In this document: positions 20,861 through 31,213 of the stretch, in pieces
How the letters are laid out: every line of letters begins with the position of its first letter
How positions within the stretch are numbered: the stretch's first letter is position 1
Program-made: the position numbers and the translations under genes
Assembly: GCA_037439545.1 (NCBI GenBank)
Contig: JBBIVV010000005.1
Location: 14,210 to 78,209, forward strand
Direction of reading: 5' to 3'
Source: a bacterium
Lineage (GTDB): Bacteria > JAMCPX01
DNA length: 64,000 bases
Notes under the pieces: model-generated
Database searches by the model: none
Seen by the model: only the letters and a program-made list of their open reading frames with translations
What the model was told of the DNA's origin: nothing

Positions 20861-22411
20861 ATGCACAGATGCAGTAAAAGAACATTGTTTCTCGTTTTTA
20901 TCGTGATAACACTTCCGATCCTGTTTGCCTCATGCTCCGGTGAAAAAAAATCTTCTTCACTGCAGCCGCCGACTACCAAAACGCTCAGCTGGATAAAGGA
21001 AAATAACGGTGTGCCGGTGGATCAGTACGGGAGGCAGATTCTGCTCCATGGCGTCAATGCAAAATTCGAAGACCTTTTTGACGTGACATTCAGCGACGGA
21101 CGCACACGGAATGAAGACCTCGCGAGCTTTACCGATGCCCAGATTCAGCAAATGGCTTATCTGGGATTTAATTTTATCCGTCTTGCAATTAACTGGAGCG
21201 GGCTTGAGCCTACAGAGGGCACCTTTAATTATTCCAATCTCAAACTTCTGGACAGCGTTTTGCAGAGTGCACAAAACGCCGGCATCTATGTGCTTATAGA
21301 CTATCACGAAGACGCCTATTCAAAAGAGATCGGAGAGGACGGGGCCCCTCTATGGGCAATCATACCGACACCGACTGCGGCAGAACTTCTCAGCGGACCG
21401 ATTGCGTATGGACCATCGCTTTCCTGTCCTTGCTATGATCTTAATCTGAGACGCACCTCTGCACTGGTCCTCAATGCATTTAATTCCTTCTGGGAAAACG
21501 CCGATAATATTCAGAACCGTTTTATGCCGGTATGGCAGCTCGTTGCATCGAGGTACGCAAACAATCCTGCGGTCATCGGTTATGAAGATATGAACGAGCC
21601 TGTTGCAATACAGACACCCAATGGGTCCCAATTGCTTGACAATTTTCATGTAAATGCTTCAAAGGCTCTCCGCAAGGTCGATACCAATCATCTGTTCTGG
21701 CTTGAACCCGAGGTGACAACCCGTAATTTTTCACTGAAGGCACCGCTGCGTTCTGCTCCTTTCCCGGATAAGAACATCGTTTATGCATTTCATCTCTACC
21801 CGGGACTGGCAGGGGTTAATTTTTCAACCTATGCGGATTGGTACAACGGATTGACCGCAACATTTAATTCGGGCATTGCAGAAGCTCAATCCTACGGTGC
21901 TGTGCCGGTACTTAACGAATGGGGCACCAACCTTCACCAGGCGGATCAAATACCCTATATAGAGGCTCTTCTGGAACTTGCAGATGAAAGGTTCATGGGC
22001 AATGCATTCTGGAGCTGGACGGACTTCGGAGATAGTGCCGTGGATTCATGGGGATGCTATTCGTGGGATTACTCGATAAACGGATTTACGGCATCGGAAC
22101 CAGGCCTCGATGCGCTTTCAAAACCATATATGCTTGCAGTACCCGGACGGTTTGTCAGCAATGTTTTTGATCATACTGCCGATACACTGACCGTTACGTT
22201 CAAGGCAAACGGCGGTGAAGGTGCTCCGCTTGTCTATATACCGCAGCAGACTTATACAAACGGGTTTATCGTACTGCTCGATAATAACCCTGTAGATGTT
22301 ACCATTGATCCGTATACGCAGCGCGTATTGATACCATGGCATGGACAGGCCGGGCAACATACAGTAACCGTCGAGCCGAAACCTGCACAGGTACCGGTGT
22401 TAAACAATTGA
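20861..22411 (+). CDS. GH5 glycoside hydrolase lipoprotein, endoglycoceramidase-like
   Basis: Lipobox-like LFASC, HGVN, GFNFIRL..W..LEP and DYHED. Acid/base MNEP and nucleophile NEWG are present, followed by a C-terminal beta-sandwich. AGGAGG RBS. Confidence 0.82.
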   Translation: MHRCSKRTLFLVFIVITLPILFASCSGEKKSSSLQPPTTKTLSWIKENNGVPVDQYGRQILLHGVNAKFEDLFDVTFSDGRTRNEDLASFTDAQIQQMAYLGFNFIRLAINWSGLEPTEGTFNYSNLKLLDSVLQSAQNAGIYVLIDYHEDAYSKEIGEDGAPLWAIIPTPTAAELLSGPIAYGPSLSCPCYDLNLRRTSALVLNAFNSFWENADNIQNRFMPVWQLVASRYANNPAVIGYEDMNEPVAIQTPNGSQLLDNFHVNASKALRKVDTNHLFWLEPEVTTRNFSLKAPLRSAPFPDKNIVYAFHLYPGLAGVNFSTYADWYNGLTATFNSGIAEAQSYGAVPVLNEWGTNLHQADQIPYIEALLELADERFMGNAFWSWTDFGDSAVDSWGCYSWDYSINGFTASEPGLDALSKPYMLAVPGRFVSNVFDHTADTLTVTFKANGGEGAPLVYIPQQTYTNGFIVLLDNNPVDVTIDPYTQRVLIPWHGQAGQHTVTVEPKPAQVPVLNN

Positions 22412-22440
22412 AAATATAGCAGGAATGATGCAGACTTATA

Positions 22441-22524
22441 AAACACGATGCTCCCAAATCCTAAATTCTAAACAATGTTAAAGCCGACAATGTTCAGGAT
22501 TTAGATATCGGGATTTCGGATTTA
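22441..22524. repeat. AT-rich imperfect inverted-repeat element built of ~7-nt units (copy 2)
   Basis: Left arm ..CCCAAATCCTAAATTCTAAACAA and right arm ATGTTCAGGATTTAGATATCGGGATTTCGGATTT. Confidence 0.62.
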
Positions 22525-22540
22525 TGAAACAGGAGGTATT

Positions 22541-23464
22541 ATGGGCCTTGTAAACCTGAACAGTGTTCTGAAAAAAGCGAAAGAGCAGGGCTATGCTGTC
22601 GGTGCATTCAATTTCGTCAATATGGAGATGCTTCAGGGCATTATAGATGCGGCTATCGAAATGCACTCGCCTGTGATAATCCAGACAACGGAAGGCGCCC
22701 TTGAATATGCGGGTATCGGGTATCTTGCAGCTATAGCCAAAATGGCGGCAGAAACAGCTTCTGTAGATATCGTGCTTCATCTCGATCACGGCAAGCACCT
22801 TGAGACAGTAATGCTCGCAATCAGGCACGGCTACACATCCGTTATGATGGATGCATCGGACAAAACGTACGGTGAGAACCTGACCATCACAAAAGAAGTG
22901 GTAAGGCTTGCCCATCCGGTCGGTGTATCCGTCGAAGCCGAGCTCGGCAAACTGAAAGGCATCGAAGATAATGTAAAAGTAGGCGATGCAGAGGCATCGC
23001 TTGTTGATCCCGAAGAGGCAAAGGCCTTTGCTGAAGCCACGGGTATCGATGCTCTTGCGCCTGCAATAGGCACATCACACGGTGCATTTAAATTCAAAGG
23101 AATTCCAAGGCTTGATCTGGAAAGACTCGAACGCGTTGCACACCTGACAGGTATACCCCTTGTGCTTCACGGTGCTTCCAGTGTGCCTTCCGGTATAATA
23201 GAAAAAGCGAACAAGTACGGTGCAAATATCAAAGGTGCTGCAGGTGTACCGGACGATATTTTGAAACAGGCAATAAAAAGGGGTATATGCAAGGTGAATA
23301 CCGATACAGACCTGAGGCTTTCTTTTACCGCGGGCATACGGGAAATCTTTGTCACAAAACCCGAGGTGTTTGATATCAGGGACATACTTGGACCTGCGCG
23401 GCAGGCGGTAAAATCGATGGTCTTAAGCAGAATAGGGGTGTTCGGATCAGAAGGCAAAGGATAA
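22541..23464 (+). CDS. fba: Class II fructose-1,6-bisphosphate aldolase
   Basis: YAVGAFN, LHLDHG, SVMMDAS, VEAELG, GTSHGAFK, LVLHGASS and KVNTDTD motifs. Confidence 0.95.
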   Translation: MGLVNLNSVLKKAKEQGYAVGAFNFVNMEMLQGIIDAAIEMHSPVIIQTTEGALEYAGIGYLAAIAKMAAETASVDIVLHLDHGKHLETVMLAIRHGYTSVMMDASDKTYGENLTITKEVVRLAHPVGVSVEAELGKLKGIEDNVKVGDAEASLVDPEEAKAFAEATGIDALAPAIGTSHGAFKFKGIPRLDLERLERVAHLTGIPLVLHGASSVPSGIIEKANKYGANIKGAAGVPDDILKQAIKRGICKVNTDTDLRLSFTAGIREIFVTKPEVFDIRDILGPARQAVKSMVLSRIGVFGSEGKG

Positions 23465-23500
23465 GCATTAAAATCCTGTGAGCACATTCGCTCAACCCTG

Positions 23501-25885
23501 TTATAGTATCGTTATTACAACCATCCCCATCATTAAACCTATAGTAACGGCAGATACGATCAGCCCGAGACGAAACATGCCGGGGTTATAGATAACCGTG
23601 ACCGTGTAATTGCCGGCAGGCAGTTTTATGCCTTGAAACAGATAATTTACATGGTACATCTGTACCTCTTTGCCGTCTATGTAAGCGTGCCAGCCGGGAT
23701 AATACGGTTCGTTTATCACCAGAAAACCATGTGTGCCTGCCTCCACCTTTACCTCATGCTCATCCGGTACGTCCTTTACTCCTGTCAACCTGATTTTTGC
23801 GTTGTTCAAGCTGCCGGTCTCATCGATACCTGTCACCAAAGAGATATGTATAAGTTTTGGATCATGGGTGGATAAAAGAGCACGTGCCTCATCATCGCTC
23901 ATCACCGATTGAACACTATCCGCAAGATAGAAGAGCGGCTTTGCATCCGGATTTTCCCATAGGGAAAGGTCTTTATATGTGCCGAGCAGTTTGTAGTGTG
24001 CCGGATTCAGATAGGTAGACGAGGTAAATATAAGATATTTTATCCCGGCGATACTTGCAATGACATGATCAGGCGGTATACCGGGTCTCGATTGTAGACT
24101 ACTGCCATTACTGCCAAGCAACGGCGTACTCCCGGGAAACAAAAGGAAAAGGAATTTCTGGTACAAGAGCGAGACGGTTATATCGTATCCGCCAAAAGCC
24201 CGTATGCCGTAATTCATATTGAGGTTCGGCGCAATGATGTCGTCACCTGCATAGAACGTATAATCGGATGTAGTGAGTTCCTTTAGTTTTTGTATAAGAG
24301 GTGTCGTTGGTTTCAGATCATGTGCCGGTGGATCGGGATTGTAATTTATGCCGAAGGTAAAAAGGTCCGCAAGGGCAAGAAGGATAAGACTTATAACTGC
24401 AATCTTCGGTTTTCTTTTGGCTTTTATCAGGAGAAAGACTGTCCCTGCTATAAAAAACAGCGCTATGGCGGACTCGACAATCAAAAGGGCTATTACCCCT
24501 GGATTGTGGCCGAGCAACGGAAGTAATTTTGCATATCCGGCCCCTGCAAGCAGTAAGGCAATCAAATTCACGTGAATTATTGTTAAAAAAAGATACAGGA
24601 TAATCAAAGATAAAAACACCACTGTTGTGCCGGCAATCGGCAGCCCCTTCGCATCACTGTCCTTAACCTCTGTAGTTAAAATATTCTGTACGCCGAAACC
24701 TGCGAGTACTGACAGGGAAAAATCCATCAATAAATAATACCATCCGCTCCCGGCAGCCAATAAGGGCAGTTTAAAAAGCCAGGAAAAAGGCGGAACATTT
24801 TCAGTAAAACAGAGTGCTATGACCGCAGTTACGATAAAAGGTGCTGCAGTTTTTCCGATTTTTTTAACATGAAATAGTGCATACATTCCCATTAATAATG
24901 GTGCCATGCCGATATACGCATACGCAAAAGTACCCCTGTTTATATAATGATCGAAAAGGTAGCTGTACGATGCATCCGTATTTATATACGGTGCAAACCA
25001 CATCATCACCATAGAATACAGGGAAAGAAAAATACTTCTTTCCGGGGCAACTGTCCTGAACAGAAGCGGCTCGCTGTTCAACAATATCTGAACAAACGGA
25101 AATAATTGCACTGCGGCTATCAGGGTGCCGAGCATAATGCCTGATCCTGTATAAAAAATCCCTTTTATGAGGTGTTTCCCGGAGAGTGCAAGCTTTACAA
25201 CGGCATAAAGTATCAATCCCAGGACACCCACTGCCGTTGTTTCTGCATGCCCGGCTAAAAAGGACATGCCTATGGCTGTCGAAATACCGGCCACATTCAG
25301 GAAATTTGATTTTGGCTGCTCGTCCATTGATCTGAAAAGCCGTTCAAAAAAATAAAATGACCACGGTATGAAGCTGCCTGCTGCTGTTGAGGTAAGGAGA
25401 TGGCTATACATGATCATATATGCCGAAAATACCCATGTTATGCTTCCGAAAAGGCTTGCATACAGGCCAAGTCCGAGCAGATCGAGGAGCAGATACATAC
25501 CTATACCCGTTATCAGAAGCTTGAGTAGAGCAATGATAAGGAAGCCTTTTTCAAAAGAAAACGGGAGGCTCATTAGATTATACAGTGATAGAACACCGCT
25601 TTGATCGTTTGCAAAGAACGGTGCACCGCCATAAATATAGGGATTCCAGAGAGGAAAACGGCGTTCATGCATTTGATCATAGTAATACGATCTGAAAGGT
25701 ATAAACATCAGGACCCCGTCACCCTGGAGTACGTTGTGCGGTATGGTATTTTTATATTCGCTCCACGGCTTTGCAAGATAGATCATGTCGACAGGCGCGT
25801 AGATGGAGTTTGGTTTTAAAATGGACGGCAAAAAAAACAAAAAGATCAGAACAATAAGTATGGAAATGCCCTGTAACCGTTTCAT
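23501..25885 (-). CDS. YfhO-family (GT-C-like) membrane protein
   Basis: PLWNPY.YGGAPFFA motif, many TM segments and C-terminal LV.NE.YYPGW.AYIDG..NYLFQGI.LPAG..V...Y.P domain. Confidence 0.85.
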   Translation of the reverse strand: MKRLQGISILIVLIFLFFLPSILKPNSIYAPVDMIYLAKPWSEYKNTIPHNVLQGDGVLMFIPFRSYYYDQMHERRFPLWNPYIYGGAPFFANDQSGVLSLYNLMSLPFSFEKGFLIIALLKLLITGIGMYLLLDLLGLGLYASLFGSITWVFSAYMIMYSHLLTSTAAGSFIPWSFYFFERLFRSMDEQPKSNFLNVAGISTAIGMSFLAGHAETTAVGVLGLILYAVVKLALSGKHLIKGIFYTGSGIMLGTLIAAVQLFPFVQILLNSEPLLFRTVAPERSIFLSLYSMVMMWFAPYINTDASYSYLFDHYINRGTFAYAYIGMAPLLMGMYALFHVKKIGKTAAPFIVTAVIALCFTENVPPFSWLFKLPLLAAGSGWYYLLMDFSLSVLAGFGVQNILTTEVKDSDAKGLPIAGTTVVFLSLIILYLFLTIIHVNLIALLLAGAGYAKLLPLLGHNPGVIALLIVESAIALFFIAGTVFLLIKAKRKPKIAVISLILLALADLFTFGINYNPDPPAHDLKPTTPLIQKLKELTTSDYTFYAGDDIIAPNLNMNYGIRAFGGYDITVSLLYQKFLFLLFPGSTPLLGSNGSSLQSRPGIPPDHVIASIAGIKYLIFTSSTYLNPAHYKLLGTYKDLSLWENPDAKPLFYLADSVQSVMSDDEARALLSTHDPKLIHISLVTGIDETGSLNNAKIRLTGVKDVPDEHEVKVEAGTHGFLVINEPYYPGWHAYIDGKEVQMYHVNYLFQGIKLPAGNYTVTVIYNPGMFRLGLIVSAVTIGLMMGMVVITIL

Positions 25886-25986
25886 GGTTTGCTTATAACA
25901 TGGTTGAAATAGAGATCAATAAGATAATAACAGCCGTGAATTACAGGCATGTAAATCGTGTACTGTTTCTTAAAAAATATGTTTCG

Positions 25987-27123
25987 CTATTTCAGCAATT
26001 CCTTTGCTATGATGAGTTTTTGTATCTCTGACGTGCCTGCACCGATCTCGAGCAGCTTGGCATCCCTGAAATATCTCTCGACGTTATACTCGCGTATATA
26101 TCCATAACCGCCCATGATCTGGATTGCTTCACGCGCTGCCCTGTTCACCATGCCTGAGGCAAACAGCTTTGCAATGGATGCCTCCTTCGTGATCCTTTTT
26201 CCCTGAACCATAAGCTCGATCAGGTTATAGACATACTGACGTGCTACCTCAAGTTCAGAGGACATGACTGCGAGCTTTTCCTGTACAAGCTGAAATTCCG
26301 ATATATACCGGCCGAATTGCTTTCTTTGTTTCGTATATAAAAGCGCCTCATCGAGACACGCCTGTGCTATACCGATACTCGAGAGCGGCGTGTATGCCCG
26401 TTCGACATCGAGGGATGAAAACATGTCCTTAAATCCGTTGCTTTCTTTGCCGAGCAGGTGATCTTTTGAAACTCTTACCTCTTCAAGTATAATCTCTCCT
26501 GTCGGCGAGCATCTGCCGCCGAGCTTTTTGAAAGGCTTGCCTGTTGATAAGCCCGGCATGCCCTTTTCAAGAATAAATGCACATCCACCTTCTGCTTTTG
26601 TCGAGCCGGGCTTTCTCGCTATGACGATAAAAAAATCCGCTATCGGAGCATTGGTTATAAATGTTTTTCTGCCGTTAATGATGTATCCGCCGCCGTCTTT
26701 TTTCCAGGTCGTTGTAATTGAGAGCGCATCTGAGCCGGCATCGGGTTCTGTCAGTGCCCAGCATCCGATCTTCTCGCCTTTTATAATGGGAGAAAGGTAT
26801 TTCTGTTTCTGTTCGTCATTGCCATGCCTGGTAACATTGTTTGCAAACAGCAAGTCAGAGGCATTCAACGAGAGGTTGTATCCAAAAGATATCCTGCAGT
26901 TTTCCTCATAAATAACTGCCTTGGCATAGTAATCTGTCATGCCTCCGTACTGTTCCGGCAGGTGCGGTCCAACATAGCCGAGGACTGCGGCCTTCTTGAG
27001 CACATCGGTAGGAAAGGACTCTCTTTCATCATACTCGGATGCAACAGGCGCAAGCTCTTTAAGATTGAACTTCCGCACTTCATCACGTAATTTTATGTAT
27101 TCTTCTTTATCTGCAAAAAGCAT
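25987..27123 (-). CDS. Acyl-CoA dehydrogenase, isovaleryl-CoA dehydrogenase type
   Basis: WALTEPDAGSDA and NGRKTFITN motifs. LDVER carries the helix-G catalytic Glu, and RDAKLLEIGAGTSE has Ala at the MCAD Glu site, as in IVD. Confidence 0.9.
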   Translation of the reverse strand: MLFADKEEYIKLRDEVRKFNLKELAPVASEYDERESFPTDVLKKAAVLGYVGPHLPEQYGGMTDYYAKAVIYEENCRISFGYNLSLNASDLLFANNVTRHGNDEQKQKYLSPIIKGEKIGCWALTEPDAGSDALSITTTWKKDGGGYIINGRKTFITNAPIADFFIVIARKPGSTKAEGGCAFILEKGMPGLSTGKPFKKLGGRCSPTGEIILEEVRVSKDHLLGKESNGFKDMFSSLDVERAYTPLSSIGIAQACLDEALLYTKQRKQFGRYISEFQLVQEKLAVMSSELEVARQYVYNLIELMVQGKRITKEASIAKLFASGMVNRAAREAIQIMGGYGYIREYNVERYFRDAKLLEIGAGTSEIQKLIIAKELLK

Positions 27124-27147
27124 TTCAGTGTTTTTTTACTGTTTTGA

Positions 27148-27173
27148 CAGGGGCATAGTGTACTATGCCCCTG
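27148..27173. repeat. REP-like palindrome GGGC-N12-GCCC (copy 2)
   Basis: CAGGGGCATAGT-GT-ACTATGCCCCTG, perfect 12-bp arms. Confidence 0.7.
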
Positions 27174-27189
27174 CATTAAAGACTATATT

Positions 27190-27633
27190 CTATTTACAAT
27201 CGCCTATGCGTTTCCCTTGAAAATGATAGATCATGTGCATGGTGTTTTTTGCATTGCCCTCCGTATCCATGGTCATGCTGCCTTCATAGCTTGTTCCCTT
27301 ATAGGTCATTTCCCCTGTGCTGGTCATATGTTGTTTGCCTGTACATACGGTTTTCCATGTAACATGATCTCCGCTCACCTTGTAATCCTGTATTTTGCAG
27401 TCTTTGTTTTCTTTTGCTTTCGGTGTTGTTTTGTCCGGATCCTGCAGGTCCTTCTTCGTGATACATTGCTTTTGAGTCATAGGCTTCATGGCAAACGGCA
27501 TCTGCATGCCCTTCATTTCCATGGACGTCGTTATCTCCCAGAGTCCGGCCTGCATGTTAGGTGAAGCTGCAAACACGGCCGATACAAGTAATAATACTAT
27601 GACCCCTGACCCGATTACGCTTTTTGTCTTCAT
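27190..27633 (-). CDS. Secreted DUF3617-like protein
   Basis: Signal peptide ending VFA, M.AGLWEIT, QCIT..D, C..W...C and GKRIGDCK C-terminus. AGGAGG precedes ATG 27633. Confidence 0.8.
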   Translation of the reverse strand: MKTKSVIGSGVIVLLLVSAVFAASPNMQAGLWEITTSMEMKGMQMPFAMKPMTQKQCITKKDLQDPDKTTPKAKENKDCKIQDYKVSGDHVTWKTVCTGKQHMTSTGEMTYKGTSYEGSMTMDTEGNAKNTMHMIYHFQGKRIGDCK

Positions 27634-27710
27634 AAACTTTTCCTCCTTTGTACCGAGCATACATGAAAAAAGCAGGAAGAGCAAACCGTGAATTGTCTTG
27701 TATGAACATG

Positions 27711-28538
27711 TTATTGCGCTACAGAATAAAGCATTCCTTTCTTCACAATAAACCCCTCTTTCTCGAGCTGAACAAGAATATTTCCGATCTGGTCAGTGCC
27801 ATGCATCAACATCCGGGTGAGCGCCGCTTTGCTTGCCGGACCTTCCATAAGTGACCTCAAAATCTTCCCTCTCATCTGCCTGTTCGACCCCTGAAAAGCG
27901 CCCTGTTTCCGATAATGCGCACTCCTCAGATTGAGCATTGGTAAGTGCCGTTTTAACAGGACACCATAATCCATAAGCGCATAATACCACTCTCTGGAAT
28001 TGCGTCTGTCCAGTGTTTTTTCCACGACCGGCAGGATGTCCGTGTCTTTCACCTTGTATCTGTTATTGAAAAAGAAATGGAGAAAAACACACCGGATATT
28101 TGTTTCGACAAAAATGGCCGGTTTGTTGAACGCAAAAGCGCAAATGGAAGAGGCAGTCGCCCTGCCGATTCCCGGAAGTGTTTCAAGTTGATCCACAGAA
28201 TCGGGTAGGATGCCGTCGAAATCTCGTATTACCCTCGTTGCGATCCCTTTCAAGGAAATAGCACGGCGGTTATACCCCATTCCCTGCCATACACTGAGTA
28301 GTTCTTTGAGAGAGGCTTTTTTGAGCGATGGGAAATCCGGGAAGGCCATGATAAACTCCGGATATTTTTTTATGACCCGCTCCACCTGTGTCTGCTGGAG
28401 CATTACCTCGGAAACCAGGATGTGATAGGGATTTTTTGTCCTCCGCCATGGCAGATCTCTGCCATGCTTTTTGTAGTACCGTAAGATAACAGTCCGGAAC
28501 TTCCTTATTCCGGCAGGTGTCGGGTATTTCGTCATCAC
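27711..28538 (-). CDS. mutY: HhH-GPD A/G-specific adenine glycosylase, short MutY-like form
   Basis: RDLPWR, ILVSEVMLQQTQV, WQGMGYNRRA, LPGIGRATA and ETNIR motifs. There is no 4Fe-4S cysteine cluster. C-terminus is wHTH-like. Confidence 0.82.
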   Translation of the reverse strand: MMTKYPTPAGIRKFRTVILRYYKKHGRDLPWRRTKNPYHILVSEVMLQQTQVERVIKKYPEFIMAFPDFPSLKKASLKELLSVWQGMGYNRRAISLKGIATRVIRDFDGILPDSVDQLETLPGIGRATASSICAFAFNKPAIFVETNIRCVFLHFFFNNRYKVKDTDILPVVEKTLDRRNSREWYYALMDYGVLLKRHLPMLNLRSAHYRKQGAFQGSNRQMRGKILRSLMEGPASKAALTRMLMHGTDQIGNILVQLEKEGFIVKKGMLYSVAQ

Positions 28539-28676
28539 GGGTTCACCCTATGAAGAAAGGATATGGTTGTCAACCGCATCACCAAATTTATTTGCACAAG
28601 CGGATTTATTTTGCTATTGATAAAATAATCAACAATATTTGTCTCTGAGCTTTTATAGGAATAAAAGGAGAGTATT

Positions 28677-29813
28677 ATGACAGACGTGTTTTTAACAGAC
28701 GCACAGATAAAGCTTCGTGATCAAACACGGGATTACATGGCACAAGAAGTGATACCCCTTGCTAAAACGATCGACCATGATGACGTAATTCCTGAAACGC
28801 TGATAAAAAAGCTCCTCAGTCCGCCCCTGAGATTGACCGCACTGTCCGTGCCCAGGGCTTATAACGGTATGGGCTTGAGCACGCTTGAAGCATGCGTTGT
28901 TGCAGAGCAAGTCGGTTATGCCTGCCCGGCACTGATACCCCTTGTAGAGATTGCACAACTATTCGTGCACGGCCTGCTGTATGGTGGTAACGAAGAACAG
29001 AAAAAGCTCTATCTTACAAGGCTGGCACAAGGCATGGTCGGTTGTTATGCACTCACGGATGAAGGTCCCGGCTCTGACCCTGCAGGTATGAAATCCACGG
29101 CAACGAAAACAGACAAGGGCTATCTGTTAAACGGGAAAAAAAGGCTCGTTACCTTTGCGGACATATCGGAATTCTATATCATTTTTGCTAAGACCTCCCC
29201 GGATAAAGGGGGTAAAGGCATCAGCGGGTTTATTGTCGAAGGCAAACCTAAAGGGCTTGTGTTCGAAAGCCATGCCAAGACCATGGGGCTCAGGGGACAC
29301 AGGGCTTTTAATGTCATGCTTGATGATATGTTCGTGCCCGAACAAAACCTGCTCGGTAAAGCTGATGAAGGGTTGAAGCTCGCACTCGAGATCCTGAATA
29401 CGACGAGGATAAGCCTTGCTGCGGGCTTTACAGGACTGGCATCTGCTGCTTTTGATACGGCGGTAAAATTCGCCAAACAGAGGATTGTCGCGGGCAAGCC
29501 CATAATCGAGAACCAGGCAATAGCATTTCCCCTTACCGAGCTCGCGGCAAGGATAGATGCGTCGAGACTGCTTACCTATCGTGTTGCCCTTATGCATGAC
29601 AAGGGCATCCGCCATAAAAAAGAAACATCCATGGCAAAGTTCTATTCAGCCGAGACCCTTGTCCATGCAGTCGAGCTTGCAAGCAGGGTCCTCGGTGCGT
29701 ATGGTGCTTCACCGGAATACCCGGTTGAAAGATATTTAAGGGACGCATTTTCATGGATAGCTGCTCAGGGAACGATAGAGGTGCAGAAGCTCGTCGTTTC
29801 AAGGGAGCTGTGA
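28677..29813 (+). CDS. Acyl-CoA dehydrogenase-family flavoprotein lacking the canonical catalytic Glu
   Basis: YALTDEGPGSD, LNGKKR, KQR...GKPI..Q, SMAK and YPVERYLRDA motifs. AAQGT replaces IYEGT, and LNTTR occupies the IVD Glu site. Confidence 0.88.
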   Translation: MTDVFLTDAQIKLRDQTRDYMAQEVIPLAKTIDHDDVIPETLIKKLLSPPLRLTALSVPRAYNGMGLSTLEACVVAEQVGYACPALIPLVEIAQLFVHGLLYGGNEEQKKLYLTRLAQGMVGCYALTDEGPGSDPAGMKSTATKTDKGYLLNGKKRLVTFADISEFYIIFAKTSPDKGGKGISGFIVEGKPKGLVFESHAKTMGLRGHRAFNVMLDDMFVPEQNLLGKADEGLKLALEILNTTRISLAAGFTGLASAAFDTAVKFAKQRIVAGKPIIENQAIAFPLTELAARIDASRLLTYRVALMHDKGIRHKKETSMAKFYSAETLVHAVELASRVLGAYGASPEYPVERYLRDAFSWIAAQGTIEVQKLVVSREL

Positions 29814-31012
29814 TGAGAAGAGTGGGCATTATCGGCATTGGGACAACGCAGTTCCGGTCACGCTGGGTAGAGAAAACTTACTTTGAGCTTGCATTCGATG
29901 CGGTAAAGATGGCACTGGACGATGCGGGCATAACAAAGGACAGGATAGACTGTGTCGTATACGGTATTTATAATGATTTTTTTGAAAGGCAGTTCCAACC
30001 CGACCTGTTTGTGCATGACTATCTCGGCATGGCTCCAAAGCCCGCGATAAGGGTTTCCACAGGCGGGGCAACGGGCGGCAGTGCGATAAGCGCCGGCTTT
30101 GCACAAATCGCTTCAGGGCTTTATGATGTGTGTCTTGTCGTGGGCGTTGAAAAGTCTGCGGACTGTTTTGATTATGAAACTGGTAAATCAAGCCCCGAGG
30201 TCCTGAAGGCAATCTCCTATACAGCGGACATGACCTATGAACAGCCCACGGGCAGAACTGCCGCAGGATCATTTGCCCTGACGACCATTGCGCATCTTGA
30301 AAAGTACGGGAACCCCACGGAGCTCCAGATGGCAAAGGTTTCTGTAAAAAACCACAACAACGCACTGCTCAATCCTGTTGCCCAGAGCCCGATAGCACTG
30401 ACGGTCGATGATGTTATGAAATCACCCATGATAGCATACCCGTTCAAACGCTATGACAACTGCCTTTACTCAGAGGGATCTGCAGTGCTGATCCTGGCAT
30501 CCGAGGATGCAGCAAGGACATTCAGAAAATCTCCTGTATGGATAAAGGGCATGGGTGCTGCCCTGGATTGTGCAATCATAGGCAACAGAAAAGACCTGTA
30601 CAGCTTTGAATCGAGCAGAATAGCCGCAAAAAAGGCGTACACTATGGCAGGCATAAAAAATCCCATGGAAGAGATAGACCTGGCTGAACTGCACGATGCA
30701 TTTACCGGTACCGAACTCATCGCTTATGAGGATTGTCTCTTTTGCGACGAGGGCCAAGGAGGCAGGCTTATCGATGAAGGCATGGTCGTACGGGACGGAA
30801 AGCTGCCGGTAAACGTAAGCGGCGGGTTGATAGGATGCGGTCATGCAGTCGGTGCAACAGGGATCATGCAGACAAACGAGATTGTCCTCCATTTGAGGGA
30901 TGAAGCGGGTAAGCGCCAGATCAAAAACGCTCGGACCGGGCTTGTGCAGAGTATCGGAGGTCCCGGCGCCGCATGGACGGTCTGTCTGGTGCTGGAGAGG
31001 GATGCTGTTTGA
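29813..31012 (+). CDS. SCP2/Ltp-type thiolase-domain protein without catalytic Cys
   Basis: TGATG overlap with the upstream ACAD. RVSTGGATGG sits at the nucleophile loop. GVEK, VKNHNNA..NP.AQ, AELHDAF, VN.SGGL..GHAVGATG and QSIGG are present. Confidence 0.88.
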   Translation: MRRVGIIGIGTTQFRSRWVEKTYFELAFDAVKMALDDAGITKDRIDCVVYGIYNDFFERQFQPDLFVHDYLGMAPKPAIRVSTGGATGGSAISAGFAQIASGLYDVCLVVGVEKSADCFDYETGKSSPEVLKAISYTADMTYEQPTGRTAAGSFALTTIAHLEKYGNPTELQMAKVSVKNHNNALLNPVAQSPIALTVDDVMKSPMIAYPFKRYDNCLYSEGSAVLILASEDAARTFRKSPVWIKGMGAALDCAIIGNRKDLYSFESSRIAAKKAYTMAGIKNPMEEIDLAELHDAFTGTELIAYEDCLFCDEGQGGRLIDEGMVVRDGKLPVNVSGGLIGCGHAVGATGIMQTNEIVLHLRDEAGKRQIKNARTGLVQSIGGPGAAWTVCLVLERDAV

Positions 31013-31027
31013 TCGGACGCGAACCAA

Positions 31028-31213
31028 AGAGGAGATAATTTGATCCGAAACGAAGTAAAACACTTACGAACTGCCTGGAATTCTTCCATGGTACTCTGCG
31101 TGGGCTGCTTCTCTATCGGCGTCAAAGATAAAAGCAATTGCATTTCTGATCAAACAATACCGTTTATCGAAAAGAGCTTAGTTTTGCGAGTTAAGGGGAA
31201 AATTATCTCCTCT
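31028..31213. mobile_element. 186-bp segment bounded by a perfect 14-bp inverted repeat (MITE-like or structured RNA)
   Basis: AGAGGAGATAATTT (31028-31041) is the exact reverse complement of AAATTATCTCCTCT (31200-31213). Confidence 0.45.

Noticed and set aside
27711..28538. MutY lacking the 4Fe-4S cluster as a possible pseudogene
   Set aside because: The ORF is intact with a coherent C-terminal domain, and short cluster-less HhH-GPD glycosylases are a known form.
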